In this document: one piece after another, positions 40,030 through 50,165 of the stretch | How the letters are laid out: each line of letters opens with the position of its first letter | Position numbering within the stretch: the first letter of the stretch is position 1 | Origin: Methanotrichaceae archaeon | GTDB lineage: Archaea; Halobacteriota; Methanosarcinia; Methanotrichales; Methanotrichaceae | NCBI GenBank assembly: GCA_963754945.1 | Contig: CAVWIG010000028.1 | Span: forward strand, 166,130 to 230,129 | Reading direction: 5' to 3' | DNA length: 64,000 nt | Program-made: the position numbers and the translations under genes | The notes under the pieces: model-generated | What the model saw: only the letters and a program-made list of their open reading frames with translations | Databases searched by the model: none | Told to the model about the DNA's origin: nothing

Positions 40030-40290
40030 CCTTTGAACGCATTCCTTGAGGATACATTAACCCAGAGGCGAAGATCCGTGTAGGGCCCTGTAAAGTTGAA
40101 CTCCTTATAAAGTAAAACCCCGGCTTTTGATTGTCGCTAACACGTTGCAACGCAAAGATAACGGGCTCTCCAATGGTTGATTGTGATCAGTCGTAAATCT
40201 CTGCTCGATAACGTGGAGTTTTGAATGGCCATCTGCATGGTGTAGTTACAGTGACATACTCATGGTAACTACCCCACTATCACAGAGCTA
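40030..40290 (-). pseudogene. Frameshifted remnant of a DUF1616-family protein C-terminus
   Basis: Stitched across several -1 indels: VIVG..HEYVTVNYTMQM..DHNQ..VIFAL..DNQK.GFLLYKEFNFTGPYTDLRLWVNVS; matches my recollection of the DUF1616 pattern. Confidence 0.5.
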
Positions 40291-40476
40291 TTGGGAAAGG
40301 ACACAGGCACAAGTCAGATGCCCCATGTAGTGTAGTCTGTGCCGACGAGGAATTTTATATTATCAATATTGATAATATAGTTAGCGAAATCATAAATAGC
40401 GCTATTCTATCGATTGATTTTGCTGTCTGCCATGGCCCCAACGTTCATGAAGATCCAGATCTAAGATACTTCTTGT

Positions 40477-41403
40477 ATGGATCGAAAGCTGGCGATAACC
40501 GGTGGGGCAGGGTTTATAGGCTCGAACCTGGCAGAGGCCTTGGCTAAAGATAACGAGGTCGTAGCGATAGACGACCTATCTTCTGGTAAGGTGGAGAACC
40601 TTTCAGGGATCGATGCCAGATTTGTTCGAGGCAGCATCCTTGATTTGGCTCTTCTGAAGTCGGCTTTCCAGGATGTGGATTGTGTATTTCACCAGGCTGC
40701 TATTGCATCGGTCCAGAGAAGCATTCAAGATCCGGTTTGGACCGGCAGGGTAGGGACAGAGGGGACGCTCAACGTTCTGGTGGCGGCCAGAGACGCGGGC
40801 GTGAGAAAGGTGGTAATTGCGTCCTCGGCTGCAGTCTACGGCGACTCGCCCGAGCTACCCAAGAGGGAGGATATGTGCCCGAACCCAAAGTCGCCGTACG
40901 CTGTCTCAAAGTTGGCCGGCGAGCATCACAGCGAGGTCTTCCGGGAGCTGTACGGCCTGGAGACGGTCTCCTTGAGGTACTTCAACGTCTTCGGACCGAG
41001 ACAGGATCCGTCGTCCGAGTATTCTGGGGTGATATCCAGGTTCATCTCCGTGCTGACTAAGGGCGAGCAGCCGGTGATCTATGGCGATGGAGAGCAGACC
41101 AGAGACTTCGTTTACGTCAAAGACGTTGTGCGGGCCAACATCATGGCCAGCCGCTCTGGCAGAGGCGTCTTCAATATCGCTGGAGGTAGAAGGACAAACT
41201 TGAACCAGCTTGCTTTCCTGATAGGAAAGATCCTGGGGTGCAGTGTCCGACCAGAGCACGGAGATCCGAGGGCTGGAGACATTAGAGATTCTCTGGCGGA
41301 TATCTACAGGGCTAGAGAAATTGGCTACGGGCCTGAGACCCGTCTGGAGGATGGGCTCGCCCAGACGATAGAGTGGAACTCCCGCCAGATACGCCGCAAA
41401 TAG
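40477..41403 (+). CDS. NAD-dependent nucleotide-sugar epimerase/dehydratase (GalE/WbpP-like)
   Basis: TGGAGFIGS, SSAAVYG, YAVSK, RYFNVFGPRQDP, QTRDFVYV. Confidence 0.92.
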   Translation: MDRKLAITGGAGFIGSNLAEALAKDNEVVAIDDLSSGKVENLSGIDARFVRGSILDLALLKSAFQDVDCVFHQAAIASVQRSIQDPVWTGRVGTEGTLNVLVAARDAGVRKVVIASSAAVYGDSPELPKREDMCPNPKSPYAVSKLAGEHHSEVFRELYGLETVSLRYFNVFGPRQDPSSEYSGVISRFISVLTKGEQPVIYGDGEQTRDFVYVKDVVRANIMASRSGRGVFNIAGGRRTNLNQLAFLIGKILGCSVRPEHGDPRAGDIRDSLADIYRAREIGYGPETRLEDGLAQTIEWNSRQIRRK

Positions 41404-41580
41404 GCAGAATTTGGGCCTATGAGGCGGCGAGCTGACTAAAACGAGGCGCGATACATGAAAGTGTTAGGATACATCACGCAAAGATAGATTATTAGGTGCA
41501 TGTTTTGTTTCTTTAGCGTATTTTTGTTCTTCATCTCGTAAACCGCTTCCCACTCCTCATATCATGTGACTTTATATTCG

Positions 41581-42669
41581 TAGGACTTACGCAGTTGAAG
41601 CATTCGACAATGAATAAATAGGATATTTTATATACTCGCGAATTGCCTCACGAATAATTCTTCGCTTAGATTCGAACCAACTCATTCCCATTCTAAGCCT
41701 TTCTACTTCTAATCTGAGAAACGCTCTCAGGGAGAACATTATGTGTGCTCTCTGGGACTGACTTTTTCTTGCTTGACAGCTTTCGACTCCACAGAATTGC
41801 TTTATTCCCCTGTGATATTCCTCAATCTTCCAGGAATATCCACCAATTTTTTCGCGTTTAGCTTCGTCCATCTCCAGCACGTCAGTTGCCCAGTATCCTA
41901 TGTCGCCGTCATTAGAGACTATCTTGAATACTTTTATAAAACCATAAGCTTTTAAATGCACATCCCTGCCTTGCAGCGGTATCTCTATCTCCTGGATTTG
42001 CATGTTTTTTGTGTTATCTGGATTCACCAGCCTATTTTTCTTCAATCGGGTCAGCCAGTGCCATCCAGACTTCCGTATGGTTTTGAGATTATCTACACTG
42101 GCGTACCAGCTATCGAAGAGAACAATACGGGGCTGAAAACTTCGTTCTTTTGCTTTGGCAAGCATATCCCGAAAATGATCATTTTTTGTCTTGCCGTCAA
42201 CATCTATATCGTAGATTCGGAAATCAACGGGAATTATGGCGTTTCCATCTGTCCACAGCAACGTACAAATATTGATTCCATTCACCAGTCGATGCTGTTT
42301 TCCACTCCATTGATGATAAACTAGGCTCATATTTTTGGCATACGGCTTGTCCAACGTCGTATCGTCAATTACCAAGAAACCATTTTGAGGCTGAACAATA
42401 TTCTTTACTTCATTCCACAACGTATCCGTATCTGGAGGCTGTCTTTGTAGAAGACGGGTAAATGCATCATGCGATGAACTATTTTCTCCGACTGGCTGAC
42501 ACCTTGCGGCTTCGGTACAGGTAAAAACATCTACTGATGCTATCAGAAAGTGAATATAATCAAGATCATCGCACTTGGAAGGATTCAAGTTCAGCCCTAT
42601 TCCATTTATTTGTAGGTCTTAATATAGTCCATGCAATATAAGAAGATTCTGCCAAGTGCGTAAGTCCTA
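41581..42669 (-). mobile_element. IS701-family insertion sequence, intact
   Basis: 17-bp terminal IRs TAGGACTTACGCA(g/c)TTG; 5-bp target duplication ATTCG at 41576-41580 and 42670-42674. Confidence 0.92.
41587..42588 (-). CDS. IS701-family DDE transposase
   Basis: LVIDDTTLDKPY, WSGK, VLFDSWY, WKIEEYHRGIKQ. Confidence 0.92.
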   Translation of the reverse strand: MNPSKCDDLDYIHFLIASVDVFTCTEAARCQPVGENSSSHDAFTRLLQRQPPDTDTLWNEVKNIVQPQNGFLVIDDTTLDKPYAKNMSLVYHQWSGKQHRLVNGINICTLLWTDGNAIIPVDFRIYDIDVDGKTKNDHFRDMLAKAKERSFQPRIVLFDSWYASVDNLKTIRKSGWHWLTRLKKNRLVNPDNTKNMQIQEIEIPLQGRDVHLKAYGFIKVFKIVSNDGDIGYWATDVLEMDEAKREKIGGYSWKIEEYHRGIKQFCGVESCQARKSQSQRAHIMFSLRAFLRLEVERLRMGMSWFESKRRIIREAIREYIKYPIYSLSNASTA

Positions 42670-42707
42670 ATTCGATAGGGATATTTTCTGAGTTGATTTT
42701 TTCATTT

Positions 42708-43992
42708 GAGGGTTTCGATTTAGTGTTGGTTAATGAAGCCTTAAATTCTTGCGTTAATATTTTCAATCTTTATAGTGGTTTTTTAGCATATTTCACCCCT
42801 AAATTGGCTTATTAGATTTCAATTTACCTTGTTGTTTCTAATTTTTGCGCTTTTTTAGAGAGCTTCCGCTAGGCTGTTTGTTTATGCACTAAATATTTCA
42901 ACTGTTCCAGGTTGTAAACGACCGAATTCATCATGAATTTTACTCCAGCTCTTGCGACAGTTGTTACATAAACATGTGCTCCCTTATGCCCCCGCTTCAT
43001 AACAGCGAAGCATCTTTCGATGTGCGATCGCGTTTTACTGATTCTCTTATTCCTCAGAAGATCTATGATTCCAAGCTTGTGACCTCTTGTAGCTTTTTTC
43101 ATGGCTGCATCATATCCTCGAGTTTTTGCACCATCATATCCCTTATCGGCGTAACGTGGTAGCCCTTCAATTCCAAGATCTACCTGACTATCGTGTACAG
43201 AAGCAGTTGTAGTCTCAAAATATCTGATAAGGTGGTAATTGGTATCGATTGAGATATGACCTTTATATCCGAAAAAGGATTTGACACCCTTTTTTGCCCA
43301 ACTTCCCTCATTTATTGGCTCTTCTTCGAGTCTCTGTGGTTTGGCCTTGTCATCAATAATATTATTTGAAATACCAATTAGCTCTTTATCAAACTCCTGA
43401 TTCAGGCTCGTACTGGTGGCTTCGGAATCTTGACCTTCCTTTTTGTCCCCGCCTTGCTCGTCTTTCTTGTTCCTCTTCCGACCTGGGTCCGAAGTTATGA
43501 AGGTTGCATCCTGGATAGTGCCATTCTTTACAGTAAACCCCATCTCATCGAGCTGCCTTTGAAGCTCATTCCAAAGATCATCGTATACGTCGCACTTAAT
43601 CAAACGTTCACGGAATAGCCAAACTGTGCTGAAATCAGGAATTACTTCAGTGGTGCCAAGGAAAATACGAAAAGAGATCCTATCCGCAACCTGTCGCTCC
43701 AGTTCTGGATCTGTTAGACCAAACCAATGCTGAATTACGAGAGCTTTCACCATAATCACGATGTCAATGTTCGGACGACCTCCGCGGCTAGTTTTATTTT
43801 TGTATATCAATGGTTCCAAAAATCTGAAACGCTCCCAATTGATCAACGATCCGATCTCGGATAGATCATCTCCGAGGGCTTTTACTCGAGCATATTCTGC
43901 TCGAATGGCAAAATCAATGAGAGTCCTCATGCATTATATTATAATATTAATAGTATATAAGTATTTCGATTGATTAGTTTTTCGAAACTCTC
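42708..43992 (-). mobile_element. IS5-family insertion sequence, intact
   Basis: Terminal IRs GAG(g/a)GTTTCGA; 4-bp target duplication ATTT at 42704-42707 and 43993-43996. Confidence 0.88.
42869..43930 (-). CDS. IS5-family DDE transposase
   Basis: GGRPN, LTDPELERQVADRISFR, IQDATF, GYKGH, ADKGY, RSHIERCF. Confidence 0.92.
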   Translation of the reverse strand: MRTLIDFAIRAEYARVKALGDDLSEIGSLINWERFRFLEPLIYKNKTSRGGRPNIDIVIMVKALVIQHWFGLTDPELERQVADRISFRIFLGTTEVIPDFSTVWLFRERLIKCDVYDDLWNELQRQLDEMGFTVKNGTIQDATFITSDPGRKRNKKDEQGGDKKEGQDSEATSTSLNQEFDKELIGISNNIIDDKAKPQRLEEEPINEGSWAKKGVKSFFGYKGHISIDTNYHLIRYFETTTASVHDSQVDLGIEGLPRYADKGYDGAKTRGYDAAMKKATRGHKLGIIDLLRNKRISKTRSHIERCFAVMKRGHKGAHVYVTTVARAGVKFMMNSVVYNLEQLKYLVHKQTA

Positions 43993-44369
43993 ATTTGTAT
44001 TTCTAGGGCTAACTTCTTGTTGTGCCATGCTCTCACGAATAACGGCTCGATCTCGATAGCCTGGTTATAACAGAAGATCGCCTCTTCATACCTGCCTAAC
44101 TTGTACAGAGCGTTTCCTTTTGTGTTCCAGGCAAAGGCATTATTTGGGTTCAGCTTTATTGACCTCTCACAAGACTGTAAGGCAGAACCATACATTTCGC
44201 GAAAATACAGGATATCGGCCATGGCACCAAAGGCTTCCCAGCTATCCGGGCTCTTTTCAAGCTCTCTCTCGACGACCATCATCGCGCCGTCGAGCCCTTC
44301 GGCGGATAACAAATTCAGCGCCTTTTTAAAAGCGTTGTTTCCCTTGTTTTCATCTGTTGATGGTATCAT
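43974..44369 (-). CDS. Small TPR protein, 3' end replaced by IS5 sequence
   Basis: AWNTKGNALYKLGRYEEAIFCYNQAIEIEP TPR; terminal RVSKN derives from the IS5 end. Confidence 0.8.
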   Translation of the reverse strand: MIPSTDENKGNNAFKKALNLLSAEGLDGAMMVVERELEKSPDSWEAFGAMADILYFREMYGSALQSCERSIKLNPNNAFAWNTKGNALYKLGRYEEAIFCYNQAIEIEPLFVRAWHNKKLALEIQMRVSKN

Positions 44370-44678
44370 TGAACTACTAACCCTCAATAAATCCCGATCA
44401 AATTGTTTATTTTACTTTCAACCTCTTTTTTTCAGTCCAAGGTTTAAAAGTGATAGGAAAAACTGCTCAGTAAGTATCATAAGTATTACAGATTAGTAAT
44501 TCTCAATGTTAAGTTTGGTCTTCTGAAATGCATGTATAAAAAATTTCGGTACTCGGATTATCAAGGAGCAAGAATTTATTTGTATCTTTATGTTTCAAGA
44601 ATCATGAACAATGGCATAACGCTTTTATAGTAAATCCTCATGAATTAAAATAGAGGAAAGGAGGGTTGTTATAAAGTT

Positions 44679-45068
44679 ATGTCAGAAATTATAGAAAAAG
44701 AATTAAATTCAAATGAAGTAAAAAATATCAGTGAATTAGAAGATGAAGAATACAAAAGATTCGTTGACAGGATAGTCAAGGCAAATAGGGAGATCTTCGT
44801 GCTTTGTGTTCTGGCGAATAAACCGATGTGTGGTTATGATGTGATCAAGGAGATCTTCTTAAGATGCAACGTCTTTCTAAGCCAGGGAAACGTATACCCA
44901 ATCCTGTATTCCCTTGAAGAAGAGGGCATTCTTCACGTTGAGTTTACTAAGGGCAACATGCGTTCCAAGCTGTATTTCATCGCTCCTGAACAGAGTGAAA
45001 CTATTCAAAATAAAATTGAATTATTCGTCAAGGCCATGGAGTCTATGCTGTTTTTTGTCAAAAGGTGA
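44679..45068 (+). CDS. PadR-family transcriptional regulator
   Basis: PMCGYDVIKEI...SQGNVYPILYSLEEEG. Confidence 0.88.
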   Translation: MSEIIEKELNSNEVKNISELEDEEYKRFVDRIVKANREIFVLCVLANKPMCGYDVIKEIFLRCNVFLSQGNVYPILYSLEEEGILHVEFTKGNMRSKLYFIAPEQSETIQNKIELFVKAMESMLFFVKR

Positions 45069-45072
45069 TCCG

Positions 45073-45774
45073 ATGTTCAGGGATACCATAAACGGCCTTG
45101 ATAAGATAATAGATGGGGATATCCCCAAGGGCTCTATAATTCTGGTTACAGGTGCAGAAGGCACTTTGAAGTCTAGCCTGGTTTTTAGCATGATCGCCAG
45201 ATACCTCGAGAAAAGCAACGAGTTTGGACTTTACGCAACCCTAGAGCAGACCAAAGAGAGTCACCTGAAAAATATGGAGAGCTTGGGGCTAACAACGAAT
45301 AACGCTCTTCATCTGTTCGATTACAACGACATGCGGGCAGAATGGAAGGACAATGAGCCTGATATGATAAAAGTCACCGAAGAAATTATAGATTTCTATA
45401 GATGTAAACAGGAAAAATTGACCGTATTTGCCCTGGACTCGCTCAACGCCTTATGTTCATTATCGAACGAGGCTAACTTCAGAAGGAGTCTTTACTACTT
45501 TTTCTCAAATCTGAGGGACAAAGGGCTTACATCCTTTCTGATAATGGAGACCCCTCCATCAGGCGCATCTTTACTCGCCTATGACACCGGCAGATCCGAG
45601 CATTTTCTTGCGGACGGTGTAATAGAACTCGGGCTTATCGAAGCAAGCGAGGACGTCAAAAGGTACATCCAAGTCAGAAAGATGAGAGGTGTGAATCACA
45701 GGTTAGAGAAGAATCAGATCGTTGTTGGAGAAGAAGGCATATCGGTGCTCGGATCGATTTACAGATCTACTTGA
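45073..45774 (+). CDS. KaiC/RAD55-like RecA-superfamily ATPase
   Basis: GLDKIIDGDIPKGSIILVTGAEGTLKS, ALDSL, ADGVIEL, VRKMRG. Confidence 0.88.
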   Translation: MFRDTINGLDKIIDGDIPKGSIILVTGAEGTLKSSLVFSMIARYLEKSNEFGLYATLEQTKESHLKNMESLGLTTNNALHLFDYNDMRAEWKDNEPDMIKVTEEIIDFYRCKQEKLTVFALDSLNALCSLSNEANFRRSLYYFFSNLRDKGLTSFLIMETPPSGASLLAYDTGRSEHFLADGVIELGLIEASEDVKRYIQVRKMRGVNHRLEKNQIVVGEEGISVLGSIYRST

Positions 45775-46423
45775 ACACCTCTCCTGCCTCCTTGTACCAG
45801 AGCAGAAGGTCCAGATTGCCCATCGGAATCCCTGCATCCTTCGAAAACGCGGTCATCTTTCTCTCTATATCCAGATAGGTCTTTCTGGACAAGGTTGAAG
45901 GCACCTCCTTAATGACTCCCAGAAGCATCAGGTTCTTTAGGATGTGCCTGTCAAGAATGGCCAGATCCTCGCCCTGGCCGATGTTTCTTAAGAAGTGGCT
46001 GGCCTCTTTGTAGCCCAAACCCAGCACGTTCTCGACCAACCATTCTCTGGCCTCAAAAGGGTTGTTGAATTCGTTAAGGGTCGTCCTCAGGGGACGGTTT
46101 GAGAAGGTCTTTCTGGCCAGGCAGATGTACTCGGCCTTTCTCCGGTTGAACCTGACTCCGAACAGCTCCTCCTGAATCTGGCATGGCTCGCCTTCAGATA
46201 TCATGCACTTTCTGGTTAGGCGCTGAACTGCTTTCCAGCAAGTTTTGGCTTTGGACTGAGGCGTGAGCAGGCAGAAGACCAGCTCTATGAAGAGCTCTTC
46301 ATCGGTAGCCTTCTCCCAGATTTGCCTGAAGTCTACTAGCCTTGCATCAATCTGCCCTTTTATAGGGGCGTAGAGTTCCTTGAGTTCCCGTATGCTGTAT
46401 TGTTGCTTTGCCTCTTCGGACAT
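45767..46423 (-). CDS. ogg: 8-oxoguanine DNA glycosylase / N-glycosylase-AP lyase
   Basis: ELVFCLLT, GLGYKEASHFLRNIG, AILDRHIL, LDLLLWY...VFK. Confidence 0.93.
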   Translation of the reverse strand: MSEEAKQQYSIRELKELYAPIKGQIDARLVDFRQIWEKATDEELFIELVFCLLTPQSKAKTCWKAVQRLTRKCMISEGEPCQIQEELFGVRFNRRKAEYICLARKTFSNRPLRTTLNEFNNPFEAREWLVENVLGLGYKEASHFLRNIGQGEDLAILDRHILKNLMLLGVIKEVPSTLSRKTYLDIERKMTAFSKDAGIPMGNLDLLLWYKEAGEVFK

Positions 46424-46513
46424 CGGAGTTAAGCTGGTCCTTCAGCCTATTTAGTAGTTGCCTTCTCCGGAGGCGTTGCAATTGGATAAAACGTTTTCAG
46501 ATAATGCGGAATT

Positions 46514-47368
46514 CTAAAATGAAAGATGTAGCCATCCGAGAGCTCCTATCATCCGGAGACCAATGTATAGCATCACAGCTATAAAAATATATGTTAGTCT
46601 TTCCGCTGGAATCCTGTGGGCAACTCTGACCCCCGCACGGGCCATGAAAATGCTGGATCCCGCTAACAGCACCCATTGAAACAGGTCGATGTACCCCAGA
46701 GAATAGGGTGGCCGCCCCGCAACGCCCAAGCCATTTAACGCATAGGACAGAATGCCGCCAACCGAGATGATGGCGATGGCGATGGACGATGTTCCGATTG
46801 CCTGGTGCATCCTGAAGCCCATGGCTATGACCATGGCCGGAATAAGGATTACTCCGCCTCCTATTCCGCTTAGTCCTGAGACTATCCCCACGGCTGAGCC
46901 AAAGACAAAATATTGGGGAGGGCTCCCTTTAAGTTCTCCATCGTTGAAGCAGGACTCCTTTGCTCCAATCCTTCCGGAGAGAAGCATCCTCAACCCTCCG
47001 AGGAGTACAACCAGACCAAAGAATCTTTGTAGCAGATCCGCAGGGGCGTGAGCGGCGATGGTTCCTCCCAAAAATGCTCCCAGAAGGCCGGAGAGCCCCA
47101 GGGCAATGCCTGGCCTCCACAGAACAACGCCTCTACATGCATGACCATGACACCCGCTGAGGGCTGTGGGCAGGATGACAGCTAGGGACGTTCCAAGCGC
47201 CACTCGGGTGGCAATTGTCGGTTCGACTCCCATGGAGTTGAGGGCCCAGATTTGAACCGGCACCATTATGAAGCCTCCACCTACACCTAGAAGGCCACAG
47301 GCAAAGCCCACTATCATGCCTGTAATCAACAATACTAGGATGTAGATGATCTCTGGATCAGCAGTCAA
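46514..47368 (-). CDS. TauE/SafE-family (TSUP) transporter
   Basis: Duplicated GLLGVGGG / GLSGIGGG motifs, multiple TM helices. Confidence 0.9.
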   Translation of the reverse strand: MTADPEIIYILVLLITGMIVGFACGLLGVGGGFIMVPVQIWALNSMGVEPTIATRVALGTSLAVILPTALSGCHGHACRGVVLWRPGIALGLSGLLGAFLGGTIAAHAPADLLQRFFGLVVLLGGLRMLLSGRIGAKESCFNDGELKGSPPQYFVFGSAVGIVSGLSGIGGGVILIPAMVIAMGFRMHQAIGTSSIAIAIISVGGILSYALNGLGVAGRPPYSLGYIDLFQWVLLAGSSIFMARAGVRVAHRIPAERLTYIFIAVMLYIGLRMIGALGWLHLSF

Positions 47369-47539
47369 ACTATCAGATTTATTCTATTGAATTCCTATAT
47401 CAGTCTTCTATCGGGCTCTCTTCCTTCTTTCTAGAGCGATGGTCTGCACAGCTACGATCTTGCACCAAACCCTGCGTACCGTACATGGGACCATTCTGAG
47501 TTGATCGACACTTCAATTGAATAACTCAACCCAACCAAC

Positions 47540-48727
47540 CTATACCAGTTTTAGCTCTTTGTGCTTGACAAGGATTTCATCAGCCAGCTTGTCCAGAGCC
47601 TTCAAATCAGCCTCTTTAGGATGTCCTTTGGCAACCACAGGGCTGAGTACCTGGACCTTCAGATTTGGCATGGCTCCGGCAATTTGCTCAACCATCTTGC
47701 CGCCCCAACCGTAGGAGCCGATCACGGATGCAAACTTTGTTTTGGGCCTTAGGGCATTGGCCAGAATAGCAGCATATAAAGCCAGAGGATGAGCTCCCGC
47801 AAGAATTGTAGGAGAGCCTATAACCACCGTGGCAGCGTCCACCAGAGATTCGGCCAGCTCTCCAATATCGGTCCTTGTGAGGTCAAACTGCTTAACGGTT
47901 ATTCCGCGGACTATCAGAGCGTTCACGAAGTAGTCGACCATGGCTTTTGTTGCTCCGTGCATAGAAACATATGGCAAGATCACCTGGTTTTTAACGTCGT
48001 CCGAGGACCAGTCTCTGTAGGCGTTCAGCATGAACTCGGGCCTTTTGTACAGAGGCCCATGGCTAGGCGCTATTATGTCAATCCCTAGATCCTTGATCCG
48101 GGCCAAATGCCTCTGCACATTCTGCCGAAAAGGCATCATTATCTCGGCGTAGTACCTCTTGGCGGCCTTGTAAACTGTTTCCTCGTCAGTGGCGTAAAGA
48201 TCGCTGGTGGCCAGATGGGAGCCCAGGAAGTCGCATGTGAATAGGATCTTGTCCTCGGGCAGATAAGTGAACATGGTGTCGGGCCAGTGGACCCAGGGGG
48301 CATTGATGAACTCTAGGGTCTTGTCTCCCAGGGAGAGTTTCTGGCCGTCTTTGACCTCCACGACCCTGTCTTCGGACACCAGGCTGAAAGCCACCAGCAG
48401 CTCCTTGCACTTGCCGGAAGCTACTATCTGGGCCTGCGGGTAAAGCTCGGCCAGCTTCGAGATGGAGCCAGAGTGATCCTGCTCAGCATGCTGAGAGACG
48501 ATGTAGTCCAGCTGCTTGACGTCTAGGGCTTTTAGGTTGCCCAACAGCACGTCCATCATAGAAGCATCGACCGCGTCTATCAGTGCAGTCTTCTCACTGC
48601 CTTTTATCAGGTAAGAGTTGTAACTGGTACCATTGGGCAGAGGAATCAGGGCGTCAAAGAGCCTGCGGTCCCAGTCAATGGCTCCTACCCATTGAACTCC
48701 TGGTTTAATGTCTCTAACTAGGGTCAT
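47540..48727 (-). CDS. fprA: Flavodiiron protein FprA (type A flavoprotein)
   Basis: GTSYNSYL, HAEQDHSG, WVHWPDT, PSHG, SMHGAT, GSYGWGG. Confidence 0.93.
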   Translation of the reverse strand: MTLVRDIKPGVQWVGAIDWDRRLFDALIPLPNGTSYNSYLIKGSEKTALIDAVDASMMDVLLGNLKALDVKQLDYIVSQHAEQDHSGSISKLAELYPQAQIVASGKCKELLVAFSLVSEDRVVEVKDGQKLSLGDKTLEFINAPWVHWPDTMFTYLPEDKILFTCDFLGSHLATSDLYATDEETVYKAAKRYYAEIMMPFRQNVQRHLARIKDLGIDIIAPSHGPLYKRPEFMLNAYRDWSSDDVKNQVILPYVSMHGATKAMVDYFVNALIVRGITVKQFDLTRTDIGELAESLVDAATVVIGSPTILAGAHPLALYAAILANALRPKTKFASVIGSYGWGGKMVEQIAGAMPNLKVQVLSPVVAKGHPKEADLKALDKLADEILVKHKELKLV

Positions 48728-48900
48728 CACAACACCTTCTCAAAATCCGCTTTGGACGCCCCGCACTGAGGGCAGAACCAATCATCAGGGAGATCTTCAA
48801 ACGCAGTTCCGGGCTTGGCCCCCGATTCTGCATCTCCCTTCTCAGGATCATAAACATATCCGCAGATAGTGCATTGATATTTCTGAGCGGTATCCACCAC
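48727..48900 (-). CDS. rub: Rubredoxin (57 aa, not in ORF track)
   Basis: Manual translation [17 protein letters not shown]...[23 protein letters not shown]; TGATG coupling to fprA. Confidence 0.93.
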   Translation of the reverse strand: MVDTAQKYQCTICGYVYDPEKGDAESGAKPGTAFEDLPDDWFCPQCGASKADFEKVL

Positions 48901-49135
48901 ACCCTATACAATCGCATTCAGTACCGTCTAAATATGGTTTCAATCGTACTTAAAGGTTTTTTGATTCAGATCGGTTTTGATTCAGATCGGAATACATTAA
49001 GCTTCATCAAAACAAAACAAGTATGAACGATTCGGAGCCGCAGTCTTTATTCCCCACTGAGCCCATCAGATTAAAATACGTGGTTGGAGCTTAAAATAGC
49101 AGAGTTGGCAAGAGGAGCCGTGCCCTCTTTAAGGT

Positions 49136-49849
49136 GTGAGTGATCTGATGAGATTGATGTTACCCTGGCTGGTCCTGGTTGTTCTCCTGGGCACTGCCGT
49201 TGTCTCACATGCCTATGCGGACACATCGTATCCAGTAGCAGTTATTCGGAATAGCGAATCCATCAATTGCGGCGCCTACAATAACAACACCTCTGCCCTC
49301 CAAGCAAAAGAGCACAACGTTTTTGCCCAGGCTCCCAAAATAATTGCTATAGGAAAGGGCTACTACGCGGATCACCCTATCAGCTACAATTCGCAAACAG
49401 GCCAACAGACATGGATAAAGAGCAAGGCAGTGGGTGTCTCCATGAACCATGAAGTAAGCAGCGCCCATAATTTGAGCCAGACACTTGATATGTCAGCTCA
49501 AGATAGCAGTCATCGGGACGAATACGGGATGACAGCCAATGATGGGGTCCAGATGAAGGTCGCTGAGGACGTCCAAGAAGGCAAGGTCAGCATAGGAGTA
49601 CTGAAGGGCGGCATGCCACCGAACGGCCAGTCTCCCACAGCAACAGCTTTGAGAAATCCGTCCCTGGACATAGAGGAAGACTACATTGGAAACTTCCATA
49701 TCGAGAAGAACATGACCCTCCAGGTGCCAATTCGGCTGCTTCAGGAGAACTATAGCTGGCTGCCCTGCTGTTCTGGTGGCTACTTTGATGTACCGGATCA
49801 TATTCGCGCGTACATCGGTGCGGAAAGCGTGTTCGACTATAGGAGCTAG
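49136..49849 (+). CDS. Secreted hypothetical protein
   Basis: Signal peptide; C-terminal WLPCCSGG; no recognisable catalytic motif. Confidence 0.65.
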   Translation: MSDLMRLMLPWLVLVVLLGTAVVSHAYADTSYPVAVIRNSESINCGAYNNNTSALQAKEHNVFAQAPKIIAIGKGYYADHPISYNSQTGQQTWIKSKAVGVSMNHEVSSAHNLSQTLDMSAQDSSHRDEYGMTANDGVQMKVAEDVQEGKVSIGVLKGGMPPNGQSPTATALRNPSLDIEEDYIGNFHIEKNMTLQVPIRLLQENYSWLPCCSGGYFDVPDHIRAYIGAESVFDYRS

Positions 49850-50165
49850 AAAGGCGATTCGACAGAATTATAAAATTTCTTAATAAATTAGCAAGTCCTC
49901 CTATGAAATCAATCCAGATAGTAGTATCTTTGGCTAAGATCTGGGAGAATTTATTTAGATTTTACGACATAACCATTCGAATTTCCTCATTCAAGAAGCA
50001 ACAATAATCAGTATTTGAGCTAAGAATTTATATTAAGAATAATAAATTCGTAAGAGTGAAGTAGATACCTGTAGTGTGGACTTGGGGTAAGAATGATGGC
50101 TACTAAGCACAAGTGCAATTGCAAAAGAATAAATAAGCAGATTTGTATTTGGAGAACTCAAGAAT

